From positions 1 through 64,000 of the IMG/VR virus record IMGVR_UViG_3300009164_005114: a stretch of DNA of 64,000 nucleotides; one strand, written 5' to 3'. Shown here in pieces: positions 1 to 11,400 of the stretch (position 1 is the first letter of the stretch; each line of letters starts with the position of its first letter). The position numbers and the translations under genes were made by a program. A model generated the notes under the pieces. That model was not told the origin of the DNA. It searched no databases and worked only from the letters and a program-made list of their open reading frames with translations. The stretch is from a virus.

Positions 1-1599
1 AAAGTAGATAGTTTCAAAAATAGTTTTATTTAATTTCTTAGCTTCTTCAGATGTGAAAATGTAATCCATCAAATAAAATACGTCAGCCAAACCTTGAGTA
101 CCAATCGCAATTGCTCTTTGGTCCAATCCACCTTTTCTACCTTTTTCAGTTGAGTAACTATTAATATCAATAACTTTGTTAAGAGCACTAACAACCTTTC
201 TTACTTCACTATAAAGTAGGTTAAAATCAAACTCACCTTTCTCAATAAAGTTTTTCAATACCATTGAAGATAATGTGCATATTGCGGTAGTTTCTTCATC
301 GGTATATTGGTAAATCTCATTACAAAGGTTTGATTGTTTAATCACACCAATGTTTTGGTGATTTGTTTTCTTGTTAGCATTGTCTTTAGAACATAAGTAA
401 GGAACACCTGTCTCAACTTGTGATTCAATAATCTTAGTCCAAATATCTTGAGCCTTAACTTTTTTACCAATACCTAACTCAACAGCTTTGTTATAATTTG
501 TTTCATATTCACTACCGTAACATTCTTGAAGTGGTTTAATGCCAGCTTTAATAATATCGTTAGGGCAGAATAAATACCAATCAGCACTTTCCTTTACTGC
601 TCTCATGAAGTTGTCGGGAATCCAAAGAGCTGTGAATAAATCTCTTGCTCTTAATTCTTCCGCACCTGTGTTCTTTTTGATATCTAACAAGTCCATAACA
701 TCTTTGTGCCATGGTTCAATATATATAGCAGCACTACCAGGTCGTCTTCCTTGTTGGTTAAAGAATCTCAATGACTCGTTAACAATTTTTAAATACTTTA
801 ACAATCCACCCGCAAATCCACCTGATGAATTAATACGACTTTCTTTACTTCTGATATTAGACATTGATAATCCAATTCCCGCAGCGTCTGAAGAATAAGT
901 TGAAATATCATTCAGGGTTTGTAATAAACCATTACGTGAATCTGAGTTATTATAATGTAATACACAAGATGCTAATTGAGGGACTTTTGTTCCTGAATTA
1001 ATAATGATTGGTGTTGCTGGTGAAATAAGTTGGTTTGACAATGAGTTGTAGTATTCAACAGCTTCTTCAAATGAATTTGTTACCCATAAAGCAACTCTCA
1101 TATACATGTGTTGTGGTCTTTCAACTACTTTACCTTGAGGTGTCTTTAACAAGTACATTTCTTGTAATGAACGCCACGCAAAGTAATCAAAGTTATAATC
1201 TTTCTCATGATTAATAACCTCATCAATTTTGTCATGACCATAAGAGCTCATAACTTCAATTAACTTTTCATTGATTACGCCAGTAGAATGTAATTCCATA
1301 ATAGTTTCACAAAAACTATCTTTAGTTTCCTTATGGTAAGAAGAAATTGCAACTGAAGATGCTAATCTTGAATAGTCATGATGACTACCAGTATAAGCGG
1401 CAGCAATTTCATATACAAGTTTATCTAACTCTTTTGTTGTAATTAACCCTTCAGTTGGTACTGAAGTTATAACTTTAATAAAAATCTCGTCCGAATTAAC
1501 ATTTAACCCTTTTGCAGCTCTTTTAATTCTATTGTAAATTTTTTGTGGATTAAAGGAAGCGTCCTCTCCATCTCTTTTTTTAATTTTTAATGACATCAT
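1..1599 (-). CDS. nrdA: Ribonucleotide reductase class Ia alpha subunit (3' end runs off the window start)
   Basis: Not in the ORF track; translated by hand from ATG 1599: MMSLKIKKRDG (ATP cone)...ERPQHMYMRVA...SPATP...QLASC...QQGRRPGSAAIYIEPWH...SNLCNEI...AICTLSS. Confidence 0.95.
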   Translation of the reverse strand, partial: MMSLKIKKRDGEDASFNPQKIYNRIKRAAKGLNVNSDEIFIKVITSVPTEGLITTKELDKLVYEIAAAYTGSHHDYSRLASSVAISSYHKETKDSFCETIMELHSTGVINEKLIEVMSSYGHDKIDEVINHEKDYNFDYFAWRSLQEMYLLKTPQGKVVERPQHMYMRVALWVTNSFEEAVEYYNSLSNQLISPATPIIINSGTKVPQLASCVLHYNNSDSRNGLLQTLNDISTYSSDAAGIGLSMSNIRSKESRINSSGGFAGGLLKYLKIVNESLRFFNQQGRRPGSAAIYIEPWHKDVMDLLDIKKNTGAEELRARDLFTALWIPDNFMRAVKESADWYLFCPNDIIKAGIKPLQECYGSEYETNYNKAVELGIGKKVKAQDIWTKIIESQVETGVPYLCSKDNANKKTNHQNIGVIKQSNLCNEIYQYTDEETTAICTLSSMVLKNFIEKGEFDFNLLYSEVRKVVSALNKVIDINSYSTEKGRKGGLDQRAIAIGTQGLADVFYLMDYIFTSEEAKKLNKTIFETIYF

Positions 1600-1610
1600 A
1601 TTGTTTTATA

Positions 1611-2558
1611 TTAGAAATCTTCCTCAAAAGAAATTGTCTCATTTAATTTAGCTTTTTGGTATTCTACGGTTCTTGACTCAAAGAAGTTTCCTTTAGTTTC
1701 AACCGCAATTTGTTCCATGAATTTAAAGGGTTGTTCAACATTAAATTCTTTTTTACAACCAAGCTTAATTAACAATCCATCAACAACAAACTCAAGATAT
1801 TGTTTCATTAAGTTTGAGTTCATACCAATAAGTGAAACTGGTAATGATTCGGTGATAAATTCTTTTTCAATTTCCAATGCAGATAATAAGATTTCTCTAA
1901 TTCTTTTTTCACTTGGTTTGTTTTCTATGTGATTATTCAACAAGTGAATTGCAAAATCACAGTGTAGATTTTCATCTTTAAAGATTAATGAATTAGCATT
2001 ACATAACCCTTGCATAATTCCTCTTGATTTCATCCAAAAAATTGAACAGAATGAACCTGAGAAGAAGATACCTTCAACAGCCGCAAAGGCAACCAATCTT
2101 TCTTGGAAAGATGCATTTTCAATCCAATCAAGAGCCCATTTTGCCTTCTTTTGTACCGCAGGTAATCTATCAATTGCATGGAAACATTCATCTTTTTCTT
2201 CTGCACTTGAGACATATGTATCAATAAGAAGAGAATACATTAATGAATGTATATTCTCCATCATAAGTTGGAACCCGTAAAAGAATTTTGCCTCAGGATA
2301 CTGAACTTCTTTTAAGAAGTTTTCCGCCAAATTCTCATTTACAATACCATCAGAAGCAGCAAAAAATGACAGTACATTTTTAACAAAGTGTTTTTCATTG
2401 TCTGATAAATTCTCCCAATCACGAATATCATTTGTTAAATCAATTTCTTCTGCAGTCCAAAATGCTGCTTGATGTTGTTTATAATACTCCCATATATCAT
2501 TGTGTTCAATAGGGAAGATAACGAACCTGTTAGGGTTTTCTTTTAAAATGTTTTCCAT
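1611..2558 (-). CDS. nrdB: Ribonucleotide reductase class Ia beta subunit
   Basis: [46 protein letters not shown] motifs; start moved to [12 protein letters not shown] (ATG 2558) to avoid overlap with the helicase. Confidence 0.95.
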   Translation of the reverse strand: MENILKENPNRFVIFPIEHNDIWEYYKQHQAAFWTAEEIDLTNDIRDWENLSDNEKHFVKNVLSFFAASDGIVNENLAENFLKEVQYPEAKFFYGFQLMMENIHSLMYSLLIDTYVSSAEEKDECFHAIDRLPAVQKKAKWALDWIENASFQERLVAFAAVEGIFFSGSFCSIFWMKSRGIMQGLCNANSLIFKDENLHCDFAIHLLNNHIENKPSEKRIREILLSALEIEKEFITESLPVSLIGMNSNLMKQYLEFVVDGLLIKLGCKKEFNVEQPFKFMEQIAVETKGNFFESRTVEYQKAKLNETISFEEDF

Positions 2559-2577
2559 AGTTATTTTTGTTATTTTT

Positions 2578-3951
2578 TTACGATTGTTGTTCTCTTTGTT
2601 TTCTTTTTTCCAAAAGTTCTTTAACTCTATCACGTTTTCTTTCTTCCTGTTGTTCTTCAAACCCTAAGAATGTTACTGAACTTTCAGTATCAATTTCAAG
2701 TAATTCATTGTTAAATTTACAGTTTTCAAAAACAACCCCATCTTTACCAATACGTGACTTAGTAATTGCAATGGTTGCCAAATTCATTTCTTTTTGTGTT
2801 AAAGTTTTAGCCAAGGAAATGATAACGTGACCTACTTGTGCTTTCTTGATTGACCCACCCATTTGGTCTGTAGTCACAACTTCAGATGAAATTGATGACC
2901 TATTACCTTGAGTTGCTGTCCAACCAACTAATGATAACTCGTGACACATTGCCTCAAATCCTCTCATTACCGAACCTTCTGCTTTCCATTCGTCTTTACT
3001 TGAACTTTCAGGTACAACACAGTCGATGTAATCCAAAAGAACCAAGTCAATCTTTGTACCATCAGCAATCATTTTTCTGATTTGGTTTTTGATTTGATTC
3101 ATAGTCATAGAATCTGAAGGTAATTTTTTTAAAATTAACTCGTTCTTCATAGTTTCTTTAATCTCGGTAATTTTACTCATAACCGTTTCTTTATGTATTA
3201 CAAGATTATCAGGTTCAATACCAGTCCAAAGTGTAAAATGTTTACGTTGTACAATCTTTGGGTTGTCTTCAAAAAATATTTGGAGGACATTATACCCAAG
3301 ATTGAATGCTGTGTTGGCAATCTTAGTTAAGATGGTAGTTTTACCAACCCCCGTAGGAGCCAATATAACCCCAATCTCACCCTTTGCTAAACCACCCTTA
3401 AGTAGTTTATCAATTCCTGGTATTCCCATCGGAATTGGGTGTCTAAAATCCTCGTCAAGTACTGTCTCAAGGTTGGAGAAGATATCTGTTGTTCCCAAAT
3501 CTCTTTCGCCTACTTGTAATGCCTCACGAACTAATCCCTCAACTTTATCATAAGATTCAAAATCACCTTCTGTTATAATTTTTTGGGCTCTGTCCATAGC
3601 CTTCTGAAGTTCCTGTTGTTTACAAAACTTTAACGCTTTTTCTTGAACAAATTGAGTTCCTTCAAAAGGAGCGTCTTTAACTTGTTTAAGTGTGTCAAGA
3701 ACTATTTTAGCAACAATTTCTTGCGAGATTTCAGATTTAACAATTTGGTCAAGAGTGTCAAAGTTAGGGGTCGATTGGTATTTTGCATGATACTCCTTAG
3801 TCATTTGTAAAATGATTTTGAAGTATTTGTTATCAAAGTAAGAACTTTCTATTACATCCATAATAGATGTAGAAAATTCTTTATCTACGATAATTTGGTT
3901 TAAAAGTTGTATTTGGAAGGTGTTCCCTAAGTAGTCGAAATTCTTGTTCAT
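2578..3951 (-). CDS. Replicative DnaB/T4 gp41-like helicase
   Basis: Walker A APTGVGKT, Walker B LLDYID, TATQGNR, KSRIG. Confidence 0.9.
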   Translation of the reverse strand: MNKNFDYLGNTFQIQLLNQIIVDKEFSTSIMDVIESSYFDNKYFKIILQMTKEYHAKYQSTPNFDTLDQIVKSEISQEIVAKIVLDTLKQVKDAPFEGTQFVQEKALKFCKQQELQKAMDRAQKIITEGDFESYDKVEGLVREALQVGERDLGTTDIFSNLETVLDEDFRHPIPMGIPGIDKLLKGGLAKGEIGVILAPTGVGKTTILTKIANTAFNLGYNVLQIFFEDNPKIVQRKHFTLWTGIEPDNLVIHKETVMSKITEIKETMKNELILKKLPSDSMTMNQIKNQIRKMIADGTKIDLVLLDYIDCVVPESSSKDEWKAEGSVMRGFEAMCHELSLVGWTATQGNRSSISSEVVTTDQMGGSIKKAQVGHVIISLAKTLTQKEMNLATIAITKSRIGKDGVVFENCKFNNELLEIDTESSVTFLGFEEQQEERKRDRVKELLEKRKQREQQS

Positions 3952-3985
3952 ATGTTATATTTGCATCCCTTGTTTAATTAAATAT

Positions 3986-4438
3986 TTAGCTGTTTAGGTC
4001 AAAGTTCAAATATTGGTAACTTAATTTTTGGGCTGAAAAAATGTCAGTCAATTCTCTTAAAACTTCTTTTAAGAATGGTCGTACATCAACGGTATAACGA
4101 ACTTTTGGTGGATATAATTTTCCATCAAAATTTCTATGACAAATTGTCTGTTCCCCAACTTTAACATAAATGTTAAAATCTTCTTTACCATCAGTGTATG
4201 ATGTCTCCATAATTGTTGGGTCCGCACAAATCGCGTCTTTGTTATCAATCATATAGATAACGGTTTTCATTTTTAAATGATAATGTAATTCTTGTTGGAA
4301 CTGTTCCAAGAAATAATGTAAATCTAAAGAGTTTTTTGCTTTAGGATTATACCCTCTAACATTGAAAAATCTTTGAACCACAATATTGTCGTTTAACGTC
4401 AATAAGAATTCCATTTTGGTACTGTCTTGCTCTTTCAT
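3986..4438 (-). CDS. Hypothetical protein in replication operon
   Basis: 150-aa ORF tightly packed between exonuclease and helicase. Confidence 0.7.
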   Translation of the reverse strand: MKEQDSTKMEFLLTLNDNIVVQRFFNVRGYNPKAKNSLDLHYFLEQFQQELHYHLKMKTVIYMIDNKDAICADPTIMETSYTDGKEDFNIYVKVGEQTICHRNFDGKLYPPKVRYTVDVRPFLKEVLRELTDIFSAQKLSYQYLNFDLNS

Positions 4439-4443
4439 AATTT

Positions 4444-5439
4444 TTATTTTTTGTGTCTTTTTTCTTTTCTTGTTAATTTCATAAATGGTGTAAGGAAGTT
4501 AACCCAAGCTTCGTCATTTTTGGGTAAATACTTAAAGAGACCATCTTCCATCATCATTCTCATTAAGTTCTTATATCCCCTATCTGTAGGGTCTATAGTG
4601 TCAGTTAGGATTTGTTCAACTAATTCTTTTCCATCATCAGTTATTAAAGGATTTGTCAGGTCAACTATCTTTTTGTTTGTGTTATAAAACTCTTCTCCAA
4701 GTATAGTTGATTTTGTTTTACCAATCAAAATATTACCCAATGTTTTAATTGGTTTTTTTTGCTCGATATTTCCTGCAATATACAGTAATTCCTCAACAGT
4801 GCATGGTTTTTCCTGCACTTGTGGAAAGTATTTAATTAAAGTTTTTTCCCCAAGACCTTCAATACCGTCAATGTTATCTGATTTGTCTCCAGTGAATATC
4901 TTAGTTAACAATACATTATAATGTGGAATGTCCACTTTATTAATGGTAATCATATCACCATTCTTGAAGTATTGTTTTGTAATTGGAGAATAGATTGTAA
5001 CTCTTTCCGAAATAAGTTGTGTTAGGTCTTTATCCGCAGAAAAAATAATAATATTCTCATCCTTGGATATCTTACAATAGTATGCAATAAGGTCATCCGC
5101 CTCATTACTAACCATCTCAACCTGACGAACAAACACTTCTTCTAAGTATTGTTTAACACGAGACTTTTGATACAAATACGATTCGTACTTGTACTCATTC
5201 ATATCTTGTCTTCTATTCGCTTTGTATTGTGGGTATAGACTTTTTCTAATAGATGAATTTGAATCTCCATCCCAAAACACAACAACTTTATCATGGTTGT
5301 GTTCATCAAGGAATTTGCGGAGTATGTTCACAAAGTGAAATACTCCACCCACATGAGCCCCGTCGTTATACACATCCTTGGCTCCATGGAATCCTATCTT
5401 AAATAAATTATCTCCGTCTACTAATAATGTTTTAATCAC
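4444..5439 (-). CDS. 5'-3' exonuclease / flap endonuclease (T4 RNase H-like)
   Basis: LLVDGD, YKANR, EADDLIA, SADKDLTQL, GDKSDNIDGIEGLGEKT. Confidence 0.93.
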   Translation of the reverse strand: MIKTLLVDGDNLFKIGFHGAKDVYNDGAHVGGVFHFVNILRKFLDEHNHDKVVVFWDGDSNSSIRKSLYPQYKANRRQDMNEYKYESYLYQKSRVKQYLEEVFVRQVEMVSNEADDLIAYYCKISKDENIIIFSADKDLTQLISERVTIYSPITKQYFKNGDMITINKVDIPHYNVLLTKIFTGDKSDNIDGIEGLGEKTLIKYFPQVQEKPCTVEELLYIAGNIEQKKPIKTLGNILIGKTKSTILGEEFYNTNKKIVDLTNPLITDDGKELVEQILTDTIDPTDRGYKNLMRMMMEDGLFKYLPKNDEAWVNFLTPFMKLTRKEKRHKK

Positions 5440-5468
5440 GATTGTGATTTAAAATGTGAAACAATATA

Positions 5469-6473
5469 CTAATCTTCTTTTTCTTCTTTTAAGTCAAAAT
5501 CCAATGAAGTAACACCAAGAATATCTTTCCAATAGTCAGCATATTCTTTTTTGTATGATTCAATAGACACCTTCTCTTCTGACGCTTCTTTTCCTGCTAA
5601 GAAACCGTGTGGTGTTACAATTATCTTTCCATCTTCGTAACCTAACCCATTGATGTGGTTTTTCATTACGGAAACTTTAGTTCTAATTGCAAACTTTACA
5701 CTTCTCTTATCTTTTGTTGCGGTAATCTTGTTTGTTCCCGCACCTTTTTGGTTACCAAATAAAAACACCAATGATGAGTTTAACCAAATGGCCTCTCCTC
5801 CTTTTGCTTTAATTTTTGGTTGACCGAATGGATTGTCAGGTAACTCAACCCAAGGTTGGTTAACAATAACCAATGTGTTTTCATATTTTGAATCCGCTTT
5901 ACGAGAACCTGAAATACGTTGGTTGATACCCATACCAATTTTGTCTGCTAACGTAGATGCATTGTGTTGTTTACCACCCTTACCTTCGTAAGTCATCTTA
6001 CAAGGAACTGAACCAACAGAATCCCATAAGAATAATAAACTATAATCTAACTCACCTTTTTCTTGCGCATCTAACAAACTATTGATGTAGTCCGTAATTT
6101 GCTCAATGTAGTCAAAGTCATTATTAAAGATGTAAAAACCATCCCAATCAACTTCACCTGTTGATTCATCAACAACTTCTTCACATTCAAAACCCATAAG
6201 TTTCGCATGTTCAAAAGACCATTTTTGTTCGGTAATAATGAACACAGGTAGAATACCTTTTTTCTGAGCATCAACGGCAGTTTTAACCAATGCTGTAGTT
6301 TTTCCTGTATCTGAGTGACCCAAGAACATATTCAAATGTCCTATAGCAGGACCAGGTAATCCAACCGCATCTAAGAAATCTTGTCCTAAGTCAAAAAATC
6401 TTTGGGGTTTGTATTTTGCGGAGGTTGAGAATTTCTTCTTAACTGCGCTGAAATCGTTTTTCTTTATTGCCAT
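5469..6473 (-). CDS. RecA/UvsX-like recombinase
   Basis: GHSDTGKT Walker A, WDSVGS, VNQ, KGG, KNH; ends in TAG. Confidence 0.88.
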   Translation of the reverse strand: MAIKKNDFSAVKKKFSTSAKYKPQRFFDLGQDFLDAVGLPGPAIGHLNMFLGHSDTGKTTALVKTAVDAQKKGILPVFIITEQKWSFEHAKLMGFECEEVVDESTGEVDWDGFYIFNNDFDYIEQITDYINSLLDAQEKGELDYSLLFLWDSVGSVPCKMTYEGKGGKQHNASTLADKIGMGINQRISGSRKADSKYENTLVIVNQPWVELPDNPFGQPKIKAKGGEAIWLNSSLVFLFGNQKGAGTNKITATKDKRSVKFAIRTKVSVMKNHINGLGYEDGKIIVTPHGFLAGKEASEEKVSIESYKKEYADYWKDILGVTSLDFDLKEEKED

Positions 6474-6488
6474 ATATGATATAAATTA

Positions 6489-6524
6489 ATCATGCATGGT
6501 ACCATACAAGATACCATACATGAT
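6489..6524 (-). promoter_or_regulatory. 13-bp RNA hairpin between SSB and recombinase genes
   Basis: Minus strand ATCATGTATGGTA-N10-TACCATGCATGAT with one U-G pair. Confidence 0.45.
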
Positions 6525-6537
6525 GTGTTTTGTTTTA

Positions 6538-7398
6538 TTAGAAAGGTAATTCAGTGTCAACCTCGTCATTTGCTTGGGGGTCAACGATAGGTGCCTTTGC
6601 TTCATCTTTTTTTGCTCCACCCATAGATGTTGTAGATTCAGTATCGTTTAAATAAACGTACCCACCTTTTTCACTATCCCATTTTGGAGTTTCTCCACGA
6701 GCGATTGCCTCAAGATAGTCAACAGGTTTTTTAGAATATACATCTAACCAAGTCAATTCATCATTAATCCAAGAATCACCTTGAACTTTTTCTTCGTGTA
6801 TTGCTGTTGGGTCGTCATACATAATTGTAGATACACTTGTGTATTCTTTACCTGCAGGTGTTTTAGATTTTGTCAATTCAATGATAAGGTCACGTCCTTT
6901 TTCAGGGTCAGTGATGTCACCTTTGTTTCTCCAAATTGGAATGATTTTGTCCAAGATACCATCGTTCTTGTAATTGTGTTTAAATCTCCAAAATTTTGGG
7001 CCGTCTTCTTCTCGGTCTCTGTCAATAACTTTTACGATATAGAATTTACGAGACTTGTATTGTTTCGCCAACTCTTTATCAGATTCTTTACCTGTTGACA
7101 TCAATTCTTCATAAACCTCATTTAAAGGGGAACGCTCATTGTCGTTCTTTCCTGGGTCATAGAATTTTTGCCATTGACCACCAACTTGAATTTCGTGGTA
7201 CCAAGCTTCTTTAAATGGTGAACTACCATCTTGTGTTGGAAGAATTCTTACTCTTCTCTGTCCTGATTTCTCTTTATCCCCAAGGATTAAAGCGAAATAC
7301 TTTTTCATTCTTTCGTCTTGCGACATTTTACTTTGGGCCCCGCCCCCTTGTTGTGCTTTTTCGTACTGTGCCAATACGGCGTCTAATGAACTCATCAT
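6538..7398 (-). CDS. Single-stranded DNA-binding protein, T4 gp32-like
   Basis: RVRILP...PF, DITDPEKGRDLII, acidic C-terminus DEVDTELPF; next to the recombinase. Confidence 0.8.
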   Translation of the reverse strand: MMSSLDAVLAQYEKAQQGGGAQSKMSQDERMKKYFALILGDKEKSGQRRVRILPTQDGSSPFKEAWYHEIQVGGQWQKFYDPGKNDNERSPLNEVYEELMSTGKESDKELAKQYKSRKFYIVKVIDRDREEDGPKFWRFKHNYKNDGILDKIIPIWRNKGDITDPEKGRDLIIELTKSKTPAGKEYTSVSTIMYDDPTAIHEEKVQGDSWINDELTWLDVYSKKPVDYLEAIARGETPKWDSEKGGYVYLNDTESTTSMGGAKKDEAKAPIVDPQANDEVDTELPF

Positions 7399-7432
7399 GT
7401 TTTTCTTTATTTTAAATTGTTAAGTTGTCTTA

Positions 7433-7464
7433 CAAATATAGTATAGTTTGTATCATTTGTCAAA
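7433..7464 (-). promoter_or_regulatory. Host-type (Bacteroidota -33/-7) promoter of the replication operon
   Basis: Minus strand TTTG-ACAAATGATACAAACTATAC(20 nt)-TATATTTG; also reads as TTGACA-N17-TATATT. Confidence 0.7.
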
Positions 7465-7465
7465 T

Positions 7466-7492
7466 AAAAAAGGTCACCTTTTGGGTGACCTT
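7466..7492 (-). terminator. Rho-independent terminator ending the tail/late operon
   Basis: Minus strand AAGGTCACC-CAAAA-GGTGACCTT followed by a T-run. Confidence 0.8.
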
Positions 7493-7512
7493 CATTAATA
7501 TGTTTTAGAATA

Positions 7513-8199
7513 TTATTTATAATCAAATTCGTCTTTGAATCCATTTCCTTGGAAAGAACTCTTAATATCACTAACATTAATGTCTGTTACATCATCAGGG
7601 GTTAAAACATAATCATTTTTTCCCGTTTTTTCCATCTCATCTTTTTTATCATCAAAAAATTGTGATAATTTTTGATTAAAAGGATATGAATCGTAACTTC
7701 TTAGTTCTAATTTTTCTTCAGGGGTTTTTTCTCTGTATTTTTCAATTTTGTTTTCAAGAGCGTTAAGCTTATTCATAATCGCATCCATCTCTCCCAATCT
7801 TGATTCTAATTTAGTTAATTGACCAAACAAGTTTTCAAAATAATCATCTTGTTTTTTCTCAATGTTTTTTTGGGAATCAACTAAGTCAGTTACTTCAAGT
7901 TCTTCACTATCATTTTCTTCACCGTCTTTCTTTTCTTCAGATTTACCTTCACCATCTATTTTTTCAATATCAGGGTCATTTTCAACATCAATTGGTGTTG
8001 GAGCTCCTCCTGGTTCCGCCGCTGGCGCTTCAGGTGGAGTTGCCGTAGCATCTGCAGGTGGTGGTGGAGGCGCTGCCCCCGCATCAGGTGCCAATGCCGT
8101 TAAATCATCAGGAGCTGGTTCTGCAGCTTGTTCTGAAATGTATTTGTTGATACTGTTGTATCTTTTAATTTCACTTAGTATTTTTTTATCTAAAGTCAT
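7513..8199 (-). CDS. Acidic Pro/Ala-rich coiled-coil protein, possibly internal head/scaffold-like
   Basis: N-terminal ILSEIKRY..ISEQ, PA-rich linker, coiled-coil segment. Confidence 0.6.
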   Translation of the reverse strand: MTLDKKILSEIKRYNSINKYISEQAAEPAPDDLTALAPDAGAAPPPPPADATATPPEAPAAEPGGAPTPIDVENDPDIEKIDGEGKSEEKKDGEENDSEELEVTDLVDSQKNIEKKQDDYFENLFGQLTKLESRLGEMDAIMNKLNALENKIEKYREKTPEEKLELRSYDSYPFNQKLSQFFDDKKDEMEKTGKNDYVLTPDDVTDINVSDIKSSFQGNGFKDEFDYK

Positions 8200-8203
8200 T
8201 TGG

Positions 8204-8428
8204 TTATCCGTTTAATAATTGTTTTATACCTTTAGAGGTTTCAACTCTAACTTTTCTGTTGGCAGTTGTTTGGTGTCCAGCTCTTTCAATAAGACCGTCT
8301 CTTTCTCTTACAGTATAACAATCTCCCGTATCTAGGTCACAAACTTGTTTAGTTCCGTCACCGTTATCTTCTTGCGAAAATCTAGTTGATTTACCAAGGT
8401 AGTTATCTAATGCTGATTTAATGTCCAT
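8204..8428 (-). CDS. Small hypothetical protein
   Basis: 74 aa with CDLDTGDC; preceded by TATTTAT. Confidence 0.65.
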   Translation of the reverse strand: MDIKSALDNYLGKSTRFSQEDNGDGTKQVCDLDTGDCYTVRERDGLIERAGHQTTANRKVRVETSKGIKQLLNG

Positions 8429-8467
8429 AATTATGTTTCTATATAAATATATTGTTTATGACTTAAG

Positions 8468-11400
8468 TTAACTTAACTTAATCGTGAATGGGAATGTTTG
8501 GTATGCATCAGGTATTACATCATTAGGATTATTAGTCGTATTGAATTTAACATACTTATTAGGTGATGTTGCCATTAATGATATTTTGTTATAAATTTTA
8601 TTTATTTTATTATATTCTTCATCATTATCAATATCTTGTTTTACAATATCTAATATACCTAATGCAGTTATATTAAAATATTGTTTATCATTACTAACAT
8701 AATCTTCAAGTTCTCTACTGTAATCACCACTTCCAACAACTTCTTCAACAAATGTGTTATTAGGTCCAGGTACTAATTTAACTGCCTTCCAAGTCCATTC
8801 AGTATATTGTTTAGTAATATTCCAAGTACCTGAAGCAGGATTTATTCCAACATACATATTCATTGCACTACCAACTAAGTTATATGTGGTATTTGCGGTT
8901 AAAACAATTGGCCCCGTTTGTTGTGGGTTTGAATTAACATTTGGTGGAGAGCCAGGTATTACTGTAGGTTGTGCGGGTGATGTTTGATTTGGATTGTATG
9001 TAAAGTTTGTTGTACTAACAGCATTACCATTTTCAGTCTTAACTGTTATTGTATTATTTTGTGATACATTTGTATTACTAAACGGAACTAAAACAACAAT
9101 ATTTGTTGGGTTGTTAATTGTAATTCCTGTAGTTGTTGTAACATTATTAATTGTTATACCTGTTATAGTGTCCAGATGTTTACCAGAAATAGTAAGTATT
9201 GTTCCCGTTACACCTGTTAATGGTGAAAAAGATGTTATAGTTGGTGGAGGACATGTAGTAACAACTGTTGTTGTTGTATTAATATTATTTGTAGCACCTG
9301 TAACTCCCGCATATATGTTTGCTATTTTTTGTTTTTGAGTTTGGTCTGCAGTTCTAATTGATTTTGCAGACTCTGTATTTAATTGAGCGTCTCCCGCAGA
9401 TTTATATGCATCTTTTAATGTTTTTTCTAATTTTTTATATTGGTCTAAATTTGAATCATAATAAGATTCCGCGACATCCGCCTTAGGCCAATAACAAACA
9501 TAATATTTTGAAATACCTAAAGGAGCATTTCCATTCTCTCCGTAATAAATTCTATTAAGGTTTGGAGTTAATCTTGCAATCATGAAATCAATAAACGAAC
9601 CAATGTCTTTAAAGTTTGCAATTGGTTGAGATGTTGGAGTTCCTGTTGAATTTGGAATATTAACACAAGATGATTGTTTTTGAATAAAATATTTTGTTGC
9701 AGCTCCGTAATAAACATTTAAGGCAACATTTGCAAAATTATTGTTATAACCGTAGAATTTATCTTTATTAAATGTTTTAACATAACATAAAATATAAATA
9801 AGAACTTGTAAGTTAGTATTGGTTGTCTTTTTTTGTATTTCAGTAACAAGTTCTGAAGGTGTTAAAGATATTGTTTCTGATTTAACAAAATCACCCCATG
9901 TACTATAATTTGAATCTAAATTATTTGTACAAGTATTTGTTGCGGCTGCCGTGTTATCACCTTGTTGTGTTAACAATGCAGATTTATTAACATTAGTTAT
10001 TGCTTTACCAGTGACATTATCTTTTTTATTAATAACACTTTCAATTTGTGATAATAAGTTTTGATTAATACTTTGTAAGTAATTGTCAATTGACGGTAAA
10101 TCATAAATTCCTTGTCTAATACCGTTAAATGATGTTTGGAATTGTCCCGCACTTATTGAGTGTTTAACCTCAGTAATCATATATGGTCCATTAAACATTG
10201 GTACATGTCTAAGGTTAAAATACATTGTTGGTTGTAATAATGCGTTACCTAAACAAACAACATTACATTGATAACTTCTTTGTTTATATAAATTATAAAG
10301 TCCAACATTTTGTGTTGCAACATTTCTACCTGAAGCTTGATTAACCATATTCAATTGCGTGTTAATAGATTCTGAAGTCGCTTTACCACTATCCATTGAT
10401 ACATTAAACGAATAAAAAATGTTTTGATTTCTAATACCAATATCCACATTAAAACCTACACATCTGTTAGATAATGCCCAATCTTTTTTACCAATTTGGT
10501 TTTCAATTAATGGGTTTTCGGATGCTCTTCTCATCTCAAATGCATCATCTCTAAATCTAGAATTTCCTTTAGGTAAATCTAAATAAGCGGATGGGAGTCC
10601 CGCATAGAAACAAATCATTTTAGGGCCAGATTTTCTGTAATCAACATCTAAAAATGTACCCCACATGTTGTCGGCAAATTGTAATGAACCTTCAGCGGTT
10701 TGAGATAAAACAGTACCATCCGCGTCTTGTACATTATAGAAGTTAACATACGCGGGTAATGGCATTACATTAAATTTATTTTTAATTAATAAACCACTCA
10801 TGAATGTAAAAACACTCATGTCCATATTAAGAGAACTTTCTTCAACTGTTTTATTCCCTAATAAAGTTTCTTTTAACGCAAATATGTCAATGATAATAGT
10901 ATCTCCAATATTTCTTGATGCTCTATCTAAAAATAAAATATCCTCAAATAATGTTTTGGTTGTAAAGTCACCACCAGCAATCCACTTGTCGTTTAAAGCT
11001 TTAAACATCTCATAATTTTCAACTTTACTTTGTTGACCATCAATGACACTCTGAATTGTTTTTTCAGGAAGTTCTTGTTGGTCAGGAAGTTCCAATCTAA
11101 TTTTTGTTAATATTTGGTTTAAGAATATATTTTGAAGTTCTGTTGTACCATTAAAATATGTTTGAAGTCTGGTTTTAAACTCAGTACTATCAATCGTTGG
11201 TGTATATAATTTTTGAGTGGCGTATTGTTTAATTAATTGTGAACACAACACAATATTATCAACCGTAAATTGAATATTATTATCAATAAAGAAATCTGTA
11301 ATATAAGAACCTTGGTCTGTATATTTTAGATTTGTAATTGTTGAAAACCCTACTTCTGTTTCTAAAGCCAACCATTCATTTGGGAATGCCGCTTTTGATT

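Noticed and set aside
2559-2660. N-terminal extension of nrdB in the ORF track
   Set aside because: It overlaps the helicase 3' end; family similarity starts at [12 protein letters not shown]
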